This document shows positions 36,367 to 49,698 of a stretch of DNA of 64,000 nucleotides, piece after piece. The stretch's first letter is position 1; each line of letters begins with the position of its first letter. The notes beneath the pieces are model-generated. The model was not told the DNA's origin. It saw only the letters and a list, made by a program, of their open reading frames with translations, and ran no database searches. The stretch is taken from the NCBI RefSeq assembly GCF_001194135.2, contig NC_068982.1, positions 149,004,360 to 149,068,359 of the forward strand, in the 5' to 3' direction. Both the position numbers and the translations under genes were made by a program. The stretch is from Octopus bimaculoides (taxonomy: Eukaryota).

Positions 36367-39244
36367 CTTTAAGAGATATAGAAATCAACACACAATAAAT
36401 ACAATAAGGTACCAGCATCCAAATGAATCATATATTGTCATTTAACTTTCTATCAGTATTAGTGAAGTGACTGACCATTAAACACAACCACTGAATGTGT
36501 GATCAACTCATACACTTCTAATGATCCTCTTTCCATCACTGGTTATGAGACCACTTAATATGCTATAAAAGGCTGACTTTAGCTTTTTATTCAGTATTTC
36601 TTTCGTGAGCAATCACTTGATACTAATGCTGGCTCTAATTTGCAGTACTGATTAAATGAGTGCCCAATAAAATATTACTTTCATCATTGGTTCCAGTGAT
36701 CAAACATAAGTATAATATTGTTGTTGCTGTTGTTGTTCAACCATAGGTCATCCCTGTTTAAAGCATACCAGCCTGTGTTTACTTAAAGAGAGTAAGATGT
36801 AATTTCAAGAAGATTTGGTTGCTATTTTTAACAATTTAGCAACCACATAGAACCTTTTGTACCCCTACATCAATCCTATATGGATACTTTCAATATATGT
36901 AGTAATGTAAGAGTTCAGTTATTGAGAAATCATTCAACTATTATATTATAGTTGCCAATCACCTGTAACAAGCCAAGCCCACTTCTATCTTTAAAACTTA
37001 GAAACATATACGTTTTAAATCATAATAAATCTTTGAACAGCATGCTCACTACAAAGACAGGATTGTTATCACTAGTAATACTGATTGAATGTGTCTTTTA
37101 GTGAGCTGCTTCAGTGTTAAAAGTATGCTCAAGTACAGCATGCTGGTTCTATCCATAATTATAACAAACATATCATGTCAAGAATTTACGTTTGTGATTA
37201 TGGATTTTGTTTATAGAAGGAATATACTTCTCTGCTGTAATATTTTATAGTGAAGAACTGTTACGAAAATGTATACCTTAGCCTAAAACTACATCAATTA
37301 TATTTTCACTTGACTGAAGCCACTTCTGTGGCCTGCCAGCTTATATTCCGATCTGTATACAATATAACACACACTAAGCAATATACTAAATCCAATGGTA
37401 GAAAGGTATGAAGCAAATTTGCTTAATGTCCCAAATTTCTCTTTTCATCAAACTGAAAAATAGTACAAATCCTTCAAAACAACATTCTTTCAACCACCAT
37501 AGCCTATTTGTACATACACAAAATGCATACACACATGCACACATGCATTAACACACATGCATGCACATGTATGCACAAACACATTAACATGTATGCATAA
37601 CTAGACACACACAAATGCACAAAACTCATACAAACTGATACAAATGCACATAAGCCGTCCTTCAAATATATTGATCAGTAATACAGGGAAACAAAAATAC
37701 TTGAGTCTAGTTGAATATTTAAAAAGCACAGGTTTTAATTGTAGATTTGTGTTAACCACACAACCTCTTTATCTGCATGTCCAAGTATCAACAAACAACT
37801 AAACACACTAATAAGTAAAAATCAAATTACAACACAATTTTATAAAAACACTTGCCTTCCATCTGATCCAGACACACACACATATGTGTATGTATACGTG
37901 GTAATGTGTGTGTGCGTGTGTGTTTTGTATATATATATACATATATNNNNNNNNNNNNNNNNNNNNNNNNNNNNNNNNNNNNNNNNNNNNNNNNNNNNNN
38001 NNTATATACACACATACACACGTCTACATATACATATATATGGAAAAATATTAAAAAAATAAATGCATTTCATTTTACATTTCAGGGAGCTAAGTCCAGA
38101 GCATATTATTATTACAGTCAAATCATTTCAAAATATAATAATATGCATTGCAAAACAGATTATCACAATCAAATTATTTCAAAAAACATTGTTACCTATT
38201 CTGAAATGTCATATCACATCCAAGACATATTACTACAATCATATCATTTCAGGTTTACAGATTTCAAATCTTTATGAAACTCTTCCAATCTATAATTGCA
38301 AAAATACATCTAAGTATATAATTTCAAACTAGTTTCACATCTCACAGAAGATATACATTGCAATGTACATGTGTAAAGGCTCTCTATTAGTTTTCATTTA
38401 ATATATACTGCAGCTACCAGAAGTAGCTTTGTTTTTGACTCACTGAGTAACAAGAGGAATAATATTGTAAATGTTATTAGATTCATATCATGTAGAGATA
38501 TAAAATTTTATACTTGTAATTATTCAAAAATATAAGGGTGAATGTATCTTATAAATATTTAAAAAATGAATGAAAAATAGATGTCAGTATTAATGATTTA
38601 AACTTAGTTTTTATTATACAATAAAAAAATTTAGTCCTTTGTTGTTCTGTCATATTTTTGCAAGTTGTTATAGTGGGAAAGGTTTAAAATTTGGTTACTG
38701 AGTTCCTGCTCATTTAATTAAATGCTCACTGAGTTAACATTTTTGGGTGTTTGGATCATGTATTTGTTGTTGGTGAACCATTATGCATTTTCTAAGTGAG
38801 ATACCTGTTTGGCCAATATAATTCTCATGCAGTATATTCGAATATCGGTTAGCCTCATCAAAAGAAACTATTCAGGTTCTTTCATTCATTAAAAATGGAA
38901 GTTAGTTTAACATATCCAAGTCATCTCTTATGTAGCTCTGTATATGTCTCAAATATGGTATAGTAACATATTAAGAAATTGCTCAGTTTGTGAGTTTCAC
39001 AAGATGGACCTGTCACAGTTAGTTGTAAGTTTATATTGTTTGAGTGTAAAACATTTAAGCAACAAAATTTAGGATCCTTTACAGACATTGTTTATAAAAT
39101 TACTTTTGTAGATTTCTTGGTAGTCCATAAAAATTGCCCATCTTACACGTAAATTTAGTTAAATAGACCAATTTTTTGTCAGTTAAGTTTTTTTGTATAA
39201 ATTGGCTAGGATGTTAAGTTCCTGTATTACTTTTTATGATTATA

Positions 39245-40117
39245 CAGGGGGCCAAATTTTATGATTTTTACGTCCCCTTTTTGCAGGGACTAGCTTAATC
39301 TATTGGTGAACTGTCAACAGTGTTTAACATAAAGACTAAAGTCGTAGTTGAGAAAAAGTTAGCTGACATGGGGGACTGGAAACCATTTGTACATTGGAAA
39401 AGTATTGCCAGAATCATAAAGATTCATGCCAGGTGTCAAAATACCAACATCATGACTGATGCTCAATATTCTGTAAAGGCTGTAGGACATGACATGAGCA
39501 TCATGAAAATCAGGTTACCCCAAACTGTGATGGGCTTTGAGAGTGTTTCTAGTAAAGGTGACATCATCTTGCCTGTTTTGCACAAGGCCTCAGGCTCCAT
39601 TCAGACAGTAATGTGAAACAGTTGGAGATTGTTGTTAAACCTTAGAAGGAGAGGGTTGCTGCTAGAAGGCTATATGTGTGGCAGCAAGATTTTGCTCCTT
39701 GCCATAATTCTGCAAAGAATTAGAAGTAGCTGTTGGAGTGGTTTCTATACATGACCATCTCCAGTTTCTAGCCTTCTAATTCCCTTGAATTTAACGCCAT
39801 AGATTACTATGTGTGGTGCACAGTTGAGAAAGACAGCAACCATTCTTCCTGCAACACCAAGGCCAAAACTGGTAGCCAAGATCAAGGATATATTCAAAGA
39901 TCTTCCCAGAGCTACAATGCATAATGTATGTGCCAAATTCCAGAGCTGTCTCCAGGTTATAGTGGAAGCTGAGGGTGACTACTTTGTCTAAACTGTTATC
40001 TCACAGCCATAAACTAGTTATTTTTTTTATTTTTCTTAAAATACATTTATTTATAGATGGGATATTGTATTTTCATTTCCTTTTACGCAAACTATCAAAT
40101 TTATCTTGAACACCCTG
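39245..40117 (+). mobile_element. Second, diverged maT-like mariner derivative
   Basis: TA-CAGGG...CACCCTG-TA; RLYVWQQDFAPCHNSAKN...NAIDYYVCGAVEKDSN...KLVAKIKDIFKDLPR...FQSCLQVIVEAEGDYFV*. Confidence 0.8.
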
Positions 40118-40491
40118 TAGCTGTTAATTTTTTCAGAACTGCTGTTGTCATCAAGTATGGATAGCATGAGATTTTTATAGTAGTCTACATCCAATTCAAC
40201 AACAGTACTTCCCTTTATCAGCTTCTTTTATTACCAATTTTGGATTTGTTTTCAATGCATTAATATTTTTCCCATGCTTTTACACTGGAATTAGAATGCA
40301 TCTTATGTTTTGGGAGGAACACACATATAAAATAAGTTATATGGTCGCAAATATTACCAAGTTTTCTTTTCCTACTTTTAGTGAATGATATTTACTTTTA
40401 TTTCTGACTGGATGAAATAATAGTCAAACATATACTAAAACTAAACAAATATATGTTTCTCCTACAATTTTAGCAATATGTCCTTCTTGTA

Positions 40492-40913
40492 AGGCGGCGA
40501 GCTGGCAGAAACGTTAGCATGCCAGGCGAAATGCTTTATGGTATTTCGTCTGCCGTTACGTTCTGAGTTCAAATTTCACCGAGGTCGACTTTGCCTTTCA
40601 TCCTTTCGAGGTCGATAAATTAAGTACCAGTTACGCACTGGGGTCGATGTAATCGATTTAACCCCTTTGTTTGTCCTTGTTTGTCCCTTCTATGCCCTTG
40701 AGGGCAATAAAGAAATAAGAAACGTTAGCATGCCAGTCGAAATGCTTAGCGGTATTTTGTCTGTCTATGTTCTGAGTTCAAATTCTGAAGAGGTCAACTT
40801 TGCCTTTCATCCTTTCGGGGTTGATAAATTAAGTACCAGTTGCATACTGGGGTCGATCTATTCCACTGGCCCCCTCCCCCAAAATTTCGGGCCTTGTGCC
40901 CAGTGCAGAAAAG
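40492..40913 (+). mobile_element. Dimeric SINE family B
   Basis: Full monomer plus 5'-truncated monomer; flanks AATATGTCCTTCT / AATATGTCCTCCT. Confidence 0.88.
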
Positions 40914-42243
40914 AATATGTCCTCCTCTTTAAGATGGTAGGTGGAATTTTAGATTCTACTTTTTTTTTCAGGGTTGGGCAACTACTTAGAACCTCCTTCA
41001 TATTCCTTCAGGATTTTGATAAAATAAATGCAAAGCGAACATGGGAGACTAGTTAATCTGCAATACATATCTCTTACAAATTTTTAACCATATTCCAATT
41101 TAGAAACAAAATAATATTAATAATAACCTTTTACGAAATGACAACTAAATGGTCATGTACCTTGTAACAACGATTGAACATGGCAACCTGGCATTCTTAT
41201 TTTGGACAACACTCAATCAATTACCAGGAGGCAGTTCCATTATTCTACATCATAATATGAAGCGAAACCAAATGAAGATGTCCAACATGTTTTTTATCTG
41301 TATAATCATTTCATTTTCATTTTGCTGTTAAACTGATAAAAATTTTGACTGACATGATCAATGCTTAGATTTTTACCTTTATTTACTTCTCTCCTCTCAA
41401 TATCATGAGTTGACTGTTTCCTTCTTTTATTCTAATTTTTATTTATTCATCATCATCATTATTATCATCATCATNNNNNNNNNNTATTTCAAGAACTTAA
41501 TCTTATCTGTTAGTTTGACAACTCCTGTCCATTATCATAGTCACATTGAATGAAGACTAGGGAAGGTAAAAAATGTTTAAAAAAAATAATTAATAGATAA
41601 ATAAATAAAAATTCGTTTTAAAGCAATTATGGTTTTAGAAACATGATAAAAGTAGAAAAAATATATTTCAGAATAACATTACCACAACTAATAACAACAA
41701 TAATAACATAGTCTATCTTCTTTTAACAGTGATGGTAAACTCAAGATATCAACTACAAATTGTTTCTTAATTTAATCAAAAGTAAATGAAGCAAAGTCAG
41801 TACCACTACCATTGCTGCTACTGCTACTACTACCATTACTAATACTACTTCTACTATTACAACTACTACATAATCATAGTAATAGTTATGATGATGATGT
41901 AGGGGGTAATGCTGGTGGTGATGATAACAATGTCGGTGGTGGTGGTGGTGGNNNNNNNNNNGGTGGTGGTGATGATGACTACAACAACAATAACGATGAC
42001 AATGATGACAATGATGATGACTAGCTGCTACTATTTCCTTTGCAGTTCTGGTTGAATGTCTATTCATAAGTGTTTTTTCATGAATATATAAATTTCTGTA
42101 TATCAGTTTTTGTTTTCTTTTTTTAACTTCATCACAAACCTTTGATAAAAATTCAAAGCATTGTATTAATCTTTACATGATAAATTTAACATTAAATAAA
42201 ATATATGATTTTAATTTATTGTTGTTTCTATTCTTTTTACCTA

Positions 42244-42253
42244 TTACTATTAC

Positions 42254-42307
<54 letters not shown>

Positions 42308-42340
42308 CATCATTATTATTGCTATTATTATTATTATTGC
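42244..42340. repeat. (ATT)n microsatellite, one of many: (TA)n, (GT)n, (CT)n, (GAT)n, (GATA)n, (CATA)n, (GGT)n across the window
   Basis: Seen directly, e.g. (TA)n 15826-15872, (GATA)n 17193-17247, (CT)n 25163-25220, (TAA)n 47076-47133 and 48166-48233. Confidence 0.95.
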
Positions 42341-42884
42341 AACTAATACTTTTAGTGCTTGTCATCTCTTTATGGATAACTGGAAACAAAAAAATATCTG
42401 AACAAAAATTTAACAAAGAAATTAAGTAATATGAAGAAAGAAAAACTTTTCTTTTTTTTATTACTTTTTAATCACCTATTTTATTTGGAAAATTACAAAG
42501 ACATTAAAAAGTATGTACAATATATAAGTAAAGCATAAATAAAATATAAACAAATTGTCTTCAGATTTTTTTCTTTTTATGTGTTATCTGACAAATGTGG
42601 TAATATGAAACAGAGTACAAACCTGTTGCTTTTAGAATTTATGAATATCTTAGCCTTCATAAGTCTTCTCTTATAATTCCATTCATATTTAGGATGTTTT
42701 ATAGGAATATTATATCAGCTCCAGTATTTGTCTGGTGTTATATTTTATCAACCTCAGTCATTCAACCATATATATTTTTTTTGCTATTGATTTTTCAGCT
42801 GTGTAGAAAACCCATGATGTATAGAGTAGTGGTAAAAATTCACTTGAATTGACCTCAATATATTGCAGCTGCTTAATTTGGTAA

Positions 42885-43070
42885 GCTGGTGGCAGAATCA
42901 TTAGCTCGTTAGGCAAAATGCTTAGCAGAATTTCATCCATCTTTATGTTCTGAGTTCAAATTCTGCCAAGTTGACTTTGCCTTTCATCCTTTCATGGGTG
43001 GAGTCAATGTAATTGGCTTACCCCAACTTTGAAATTGTTGGCCTTGTGCCAAAATTTGAAACCAATATAT
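42885..43070 (+). mobile_element. SINE family B
   Basis: AAGCTGGTGGCAGAATC...GTTCTGAGTTCAAATTCTGCC...CTTTGCCTTTCATCC. Confidence 0.75.
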
Positions 43071-43199
43071 TGCAGGTGTATTTTTGTCTACTTATCAAAA
43101 ATGAACCCTGACTGGTTTGACCACAGAAGAAAGAAATATGGAAATATTATAGATACACAAAGTTGTTTACTCAAACATTGTTCTGTCTTTGCATTTCTA

Positions 43200-43470
43200 T
43201 TGCTATTTCCAAGTCTGTTTTCCCATGCTTGCATGGGTTGGATAGGTTTATTCCATACTTGCATCACTTCACTTATTGCAGTCACTCAACACTTCCTTGT
43301 TCAGTGAACTGAAATCAGCATTCGCTACATCTACCCATGTATTTCTCAGTATTCCTCTTTTACAGATTCCATCCATTTGGTTTGCTTGTCACTTCTTTAC
43401 ACAACTGTCATTCCATAAACATATGACATGTCTGTTCCAGTTCAGTTTTCTTATCACTTTATGTATTATA
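43200..43470 (-). mobile_element. RTE-type LINE 3' end
   Basis: RKLNWNRHV...DSCVKK...MDGICKRGILRNTWVDV, followed by ACCCATGCAAGCATGGGAAAACAGAC. Confidence 0.6.
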
Positions 43471-44392
43471 ATTAATGTTTGATCCTATCTCCCTGGGCAT
43501 AAAAGAAATTACAAAAATAGAAATTAATTTTAAATTAAATTTTATAATTTATACAAAAATATGACAATCAGAATCCATTACTGATGACACCTGAGCTTAA
43601 AGGATTATACCAAACCAACAGGATAGACTCCAAGATAATTGGCAATCTATTCTCATACTGATTTACAATTCAAAACCATTACATTACTATTCTTAATGGC
43701 ACTGGAAGTAATCCAATAGTATAGTCTTCCAAAGGAATTATTTTGTTATATATACCTTGTGTATTCAAATTCTTGGCATTGGTAGATCTCCATCTTGTGA
43801 CAAGACTTTCCTAAACATCAAAAAATAAATTCAAGTCATGTCTTATTATTCAAATGTGGGAAGAGATATTGTTACAAACATGCTTCAAATGTAGAATACT
43901 TTATGACCAAATTTATCATCAGAGATGATTGATAAAACATATTAATGGCACACAAGAGAATACGACTAATTATTTATTTACAGTTGTAATTAATCGAGAC
44001 TCTGATACGTAAACCCATTTCACAAGTTCTCTTTATTTATTTATTTAGTTATTTATTTATTTATCTATTTATTGCTTTCTAGAGGATTTTGAGTTTGTGT
44101 CCTCACTTTGCTTGCTTTAATTAAGTATTGTTAAACAATGTTTTAACTTTCTTCATTCTGGGTATATCTTGATTAATTGAAATTATCATGCTTACCACAT
44201 TAAATATGCTAGTGCATACTTCACTAATTATTTTCCAAGTGAATGATATCTCAAGGTTATTTCCTCAAGACTCTATGTTTAACCAGACCAGCGTGTGTAC
44301 ACAGTTATATAACTATAAATAATTTTCTATCTTCTTCGACATGAATGACAATGCTTTGATGAAGAGTTCTAACAAAACCACATTTAAATTTG

Positions 44393-44590
44393 GCACGTAA
44401 AAGCACCCACTACACTCTCGGAGTGGTTGGCGTTAAGAAGGGCATCCAGCTGTAGAAACTCTGCCAGATCAGATTGGAGCCTGGTGCAGCCTTCTGGCTT
44501 GCCAGTCCTCAGTCAAATCGTCCAACCCATGCTAGCATGCAAAGCGGACGTTAAACGACGACGATGATGAAGATGATGATGATGATGATG
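44393..44590 (+). mobile_element. SINE family C, young copy
   Basis: GCACGTAAAAGCACCCACTACACTCTCGGAG...GCGGACGTTAAACGACGACGATGATG. Confidence 0.9.
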
Positions 44591-46169
44591 AGTTAAGCAA
44601 TGTTTACCTCTCCTAATACCAGAAATATGTTAAAAGTTGTTATAGTTGAATAATGCTCAAATTCACTGCATACTAGTTGTAATCTGGCCATGTTAACTAT
44701 GTTAGTGCTTCAAACAAATTATTTAGTTAGATAGTTTTACAGATTAAGCATTTGCATACAGATTTTTGGAGTAAAGTAAAGAGTACCCTTGTAAACACAA
44801 ACCAATCAATAGTTTATGTCAGACTGCACCCTGGTAGCTTTCAGAGTGGTATTGTGAAGTAAAGAGAATAATGTGTTTTATACAATAGCAATTTAACTAA
44901 GACACAGTTTGAACTTAATTCCGCAATTCTTTCATATCGAAATAGTTTTAGAAATTGAAAAATAAAGATTTCTGTTTTTTGTTATTTTTCCCTCTAAACA
45001 TGTGACATCCAAAAATTTTATTCTTTTGTCTTAGATACATTTTATATGTTTTTCCTAATAATACTAGCTTCTTTTTTCTTCGTGTTGATATTGTTTTTTT
45101 TTTATTGTTCGTTTGCTTTTGTTTCTCTTTTTTTATCCATGGTAAACAGGAAATCAAATTCTGTCTTTATCTCCTACTGAAACAATATCTTAGTTTGGTT
45201 CTCTTGTTATGGATTGGGCACTAGAGAACTGAAGAATTCATATAAAAGGAAGACTGAAGGAAATTAGAAGGAAGTGTATTGAAGCATATGTCTTTTTTAA
45301 AGAATTGTCACATACAAGAGAAAATAACAAGTCTTCTATCTTCAAAAAGTATTTTTAATTGATACAAGTGTCAGTCCAGCCAATCAAAATGTGGTTCTGG
45401 CAAACATTTGTTTATTTATATATTTATTCATTTATTATTCATTTGTTTTTGTACAGTCTTTTATGATGGTTTCAGGTGGTTGACAACTTCTCACTCAAAA
45501 TATCCTGTTCAAAGTCTTGTAGTAAAAGAAATTCTGTTTCAGTTCTGACAGTCTATGATCCTTGACTTTGTTCTGGAGGAGGTCAGAGATGACTGGAAAA
45601 CACAAAACAGGGCCATTTGACAGTATCACCAGTCAAAGACACAGTCGTCAACAAAAATCAAAAACACAGTCCTCAAATAAACAAGAAAAAACGATAATGC
45701 TAATTAGGTAATGGTATTTTTATCATTAACAGGAGACTACAAATTTTTAGGAATGGAATAGATTTCATTGAATTGATCCCACTTTGCCAACTGTATGTTA
45801 TACAGCTTGATGGAATGAAGGCAAAGTGCACCTTTTTGGAATAGAGTGAAACAAAATTAAGCATTGATAAGTAACAATGGCACAAGGCTACATATTTGGC
45901 ATCAACTGATGCATTATTTTACTGACTTTGGAAAAATGAAAGTCAGAATTGACATCAAAGGGATTTAAAATTTAAAACATAAAGAAGCATAACCACAGTT
46001 AAATATCACACGTCATCTTTTCAAATATTCTATTTTTTACCGAGCAAACAACAAAAGTAGATATTGTATAGCATTTAGTACAGTATTTGTTTCTGGCAAT
46101 TGCTACCCTACCACAGTTTTTCACAGTACAGTGGCACATAAAATGTATTATCCGAATGTGGTCTATGTC

Positions 46170-46452
46170 AGTTCCCCCTGACTGGCTCCTGTGCCAGTGG
46201 CATGTAAAAAACACTATCTGAACATGATTGATGCCAGGCCCACTTGACTGGCTCCTGTGCTGGTGGCACGTAAAAAACACCCACTACACTCTCAGAGTGG
46301 TTGGCGTTAGGAAGAGCATCGAATTGTAGAAACATTGCCAGATCAGATTGGAGCCTGGTGCAGCAGCTGGCTTTCCAGACCTCAGTCAAACCGTCCAACC
46401 CATGCCAGCATGGAAAACGGACGTTAAATGACGATGACGATGATGATGATGA
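46170..46452 (+). mobile_element. SINE family C with internal duplication
   Basis: GACTGGCTCCTGTGC..GTGGCA.GTAAAAAACAC present twice, then standard body and (GAT)n. Confidence 0.85.
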
Positions 46453-47076
46453 AACTCATGAATTTGTAAAGGAGAAATACACTATTAGCCAGAACCAATT
46501 TTGATTGTTTTTATTCTCTTGAATCTGTGGAAATAATAGAGAAAAACCTCAGGATTTGAGCTCAGCTCAAAGAATTTTATAATTGAACACCAAATAGTTT
46601 TTGATGTTCCATCATTTCTGCAACTAAATTTTCCAATTAATAATTATATTGATGATGATGATAATCAGTTGGCAGCTAAGTCAACTCAGCAACATTCCAG
46701 TTCTTCAATGTGAAAACAAATGAGAAGTGATATAAGCTTGTATCAAACAGTGTGTACACCAATGACCTGGACACAATCATCTGGGACATGCTGTCAGGAC
46801 TGAAAAGGTGATTAATATGGGTAGTAGACTGAGATCTGCCAATCGATTTAACTGCATCATCTCAATCTTGGGTCACTTTAGCAGAGACTACACTTTTGTA
46901 AGCATTTGGGTTAGGTTTCTGATCTAAGAATGTTTTCCTCTTTTCCTCTCAACAAGCTCAGAAGTTCTAAACAGGAATCATGGATGCTGCTTTACTTCTC
47001 CTGATTAAGCATTAAAAGAAGGGAAGGAGGTAAAACATCTCTGTTTATTGTTATTATTATTATTATGATGATGATG

Positions 47077-47136
<60 letters not shown>

Positions 47137-47284
47137 TGACAATGATAATAATTGTTGCACACACCCCGGCAACACGTAGGTGTATCAGATGATGCAGTAG
47201 AAATTTACCTGAAACTACCAAATATTGAATAATAATGATAATAATAATAATAATAATTGTTTTATCAAAGTTACAAAGAGAAAA

Positions 47285-47900
47285 CACTTCAGGGTCAATG
47301 TTTAGTTGATTAAATCTAAATTAGTATTTGACTAGTAAGTTATTTTATCAACCCTGGAGGGATGAAAAGCAAAGCTGACCTCGAGAGGATTTGCACTCAA
47401 AGTGTAAACAGCCAGAAGAAATACCACAATGCATTTTTTACAACTCTTAAACATTTCTGCCAATTTCCTGCCCTTTGGAATAAATGTTTTCCATATAAGC
47501 ATAAAGCCATCTTTTTATTTTTTTTTTAGGGGATTGGTTAATTAGTTATATCGACCCTTGAACTTGACTGGTACTTGATTTTATCAATCCTGTGGGCATG
47601 AAGGGCGAAGTTTATTACAGTTGAATTACAACCCAGAATGAGAAGAACCAGGACAAATACTTCAATGCATTTTGTCTGACATGCTAACGATCCTACCCAA
47701 TTCTTTCTAGCAAAAGCACAAGGCCAGGAATTTTCACTGGAGAGGCTTAATAAATTAAATCAACCATAGTGTTTGACTGATACTTTATTTATCAATGCCA
47801 GAGGAATGAAAGGCAAAGATGACTGAGTGATATTTCAACTCGTAACATAAAAAAGCTAGAACAAATACTGCAAGTCATTTCTGCAATGCTCTTATGATTC
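47285..47900 (-). mobile_element. Three tandem degenerate SINE family B copies
   Basis: Three successive cores TTTTATCAA...ATGAA..GCAAAG. Confidence 0.6.
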
Positions 47901-48163
47901 TGTTATTAAAAAGCAAAAATTGATGATGTTGTTTTGTCTATAAAGGAACACAAGATATTCCTGTTCATATTTTGAATTTCTATATTTCTGCCTTCTTTAT
48001 ATTCTTTTCATTTTAAGCCTGAGGAAGAAAGAAACTGTTGAAATAGTGTTCAATTCAATAAACAATTCAATTCAATAAAATATCTGTTACAAATCGCCTC
48101 ATGCTCTTCTTAATGCTTATTTACCTTTGTAAAGAGTTATATCACTTTTCATAAACTAATATA

Positions 48164-48232
<69 letters not shown>

Positions 48233-48236
<4 letters not shown>

Positions 48237-48500
48237 TACAAGGACCTTGCCATCAAGTTACAGAGGCTATGGAAAGTGTGGGTAAAATGTATCCCTGTAG
48301 TTACAGATGTATTAGGAACTATCCCTAAAGATTTGAATAGATGGATAGAGGAAATAATCACAAAACTAGTTTAGTGCAGCTCCAGGAAACAGTGTTATTA
48401 GGGACAGCTAGGATACTTAAGAAGGTTCTAGCATCTAAGGTTACTTGTTGTAGCCTGATGTTAGGAATTTTTCTTTTCCAACAGTTTAATAATGATAATA
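48233..48500 (+). mobile_element. Dong-like R4-clade LINE 3' fragment
   Basis: KYKDLAIKLQRLWKV...IPVV...LGTIPKDL...LQETVLLGTARILKKVL; starts directly after (TAA)n. Confidence 0.7.
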
Positions 48501-48820
48501 ATCGACTAAAATTTTGGCACAAGGTAAACAATTGGAGAGAAGATCATCAATTACATTGACCCCATTGTTTGACTGGTTCTATATTTTATCAACTTCAAAA
48601 AATGAATGGCAAAGAAGTTTCCAAGGAATTTTTGAACTTGGAACATGAAGAACAAGAAGAAATGCTTCTAAACATTTCGTTCAAAATGCTAACAATTATG
48701 TCAACTCACCACCTTACTACTACTACTCCTACCGCTACTACTACTACTAATAATAATAATAATAATAATAGTAGTAGTAGTAATAATAATAATAATAATN
48801 NNNNNNNNNTTAACAGTAAC

Positions 48821-49218
48821 TGCACGACAAGGTGAAGTATATTTTCCACTTAAATGCGGCTGAACCCTAAGGGTGGATGTTACTGTTGCTTTTAGCCCCA
48901 GGAGAACATCTCCAGCTGGCTTATCGACACACATCTGTATCCTGTCTGTATTTGCAAAGGGAAGTCATCCCTCCCATCTCGATCTGCAATACACACGGAC
49001 TCGAGTTTCTGGGTATTTACCCGTCCTCAGTGTATGACATTCGCTGATCTTCGATGCGAAAGATGTCCCAATGCAAATACGTATATACTTTTTCAAGTGG
49101 AAATATTCACTGATCTCGAAAAAGTGAAAGCAAGCAATGTTAAATCTCTGAACGAGGTATTAACAGTAACTGCACGACAACATGAAGTATATTTGCCACT
49201 TAAATGCGGCTGAACCCT
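48821..49218. repeat. About 60-bp direct repeat enclosing a 280-bp CpG-retaining segment
   Basis: TAACAGTAACTGCACGACAA..TGAAGTATATTT.CCACTTAAATGCGGCTGAACCCTAA at 48821-48879 and about 49160-49219. Confidence 0.75.
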
Positions 49219-49224
49219 AATGAT

Positions 49225-49695
49225 AATAATAATTTGGAAACTATGTGAAAAGTGGAGTCTAGAGGGAGGTAAGATGTAGTATGAGCACAAACTATAGGGA
49301 GTGGTAGAGTTGGAGACCAGCAAGTTCCTCTGAGATTTTCCAATCTAAACTCATCAGGTGCTAGAGCACAAGCCAGACTAAGTGGTGGTGGACAAGACGC
49401 CCCACATGTGCTATATAGTTGATGGTGCATGCCGCTAACCTATGAATAGTCAAGAAGGAAGGCACAAAAGCAAATATATACAATCCTCTTAGGTACAAAA
49501 TAGCCAAGCTTTGAAAAATGAAGAAGGTGAAGATAGTGCCAATTATTGTTGGGTCCTTGGGATAGTTTTGGAAGACATCAAGAGGAATTTAAAGGAAATT
49601 GGAATAGAGTGCCCAGTAAAACTGTTACAAAGGGTTTACCTCCTTGGCACAGCCAGAATATTTAGGAAAGTATTAGATAATAGAAAAGAATAAAT
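49225..49695 (+). mobile_element. Dong-like R4-clade LINE endonuclease fragment
   Basis: WKLCEKW...YEHK..GVVE...DFPI...HKPD*VVVDK...VKIVPIIVGSLG...LLGTARIFRKVL. Confidence 0.8.
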
Positions 49696-49698
49696 AGT

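Noticed and set aside
40667-41056. 129-aa ORF and plus-strand acceptor at about 40972
   Set aside because: Mostly SINE B sequence; the remaining 28 codons have no support.
48015-48050. CCTGAGGAAG...GAAA hammerhead-like remnant
   Set aside because: No convincing stems; too degenerate.
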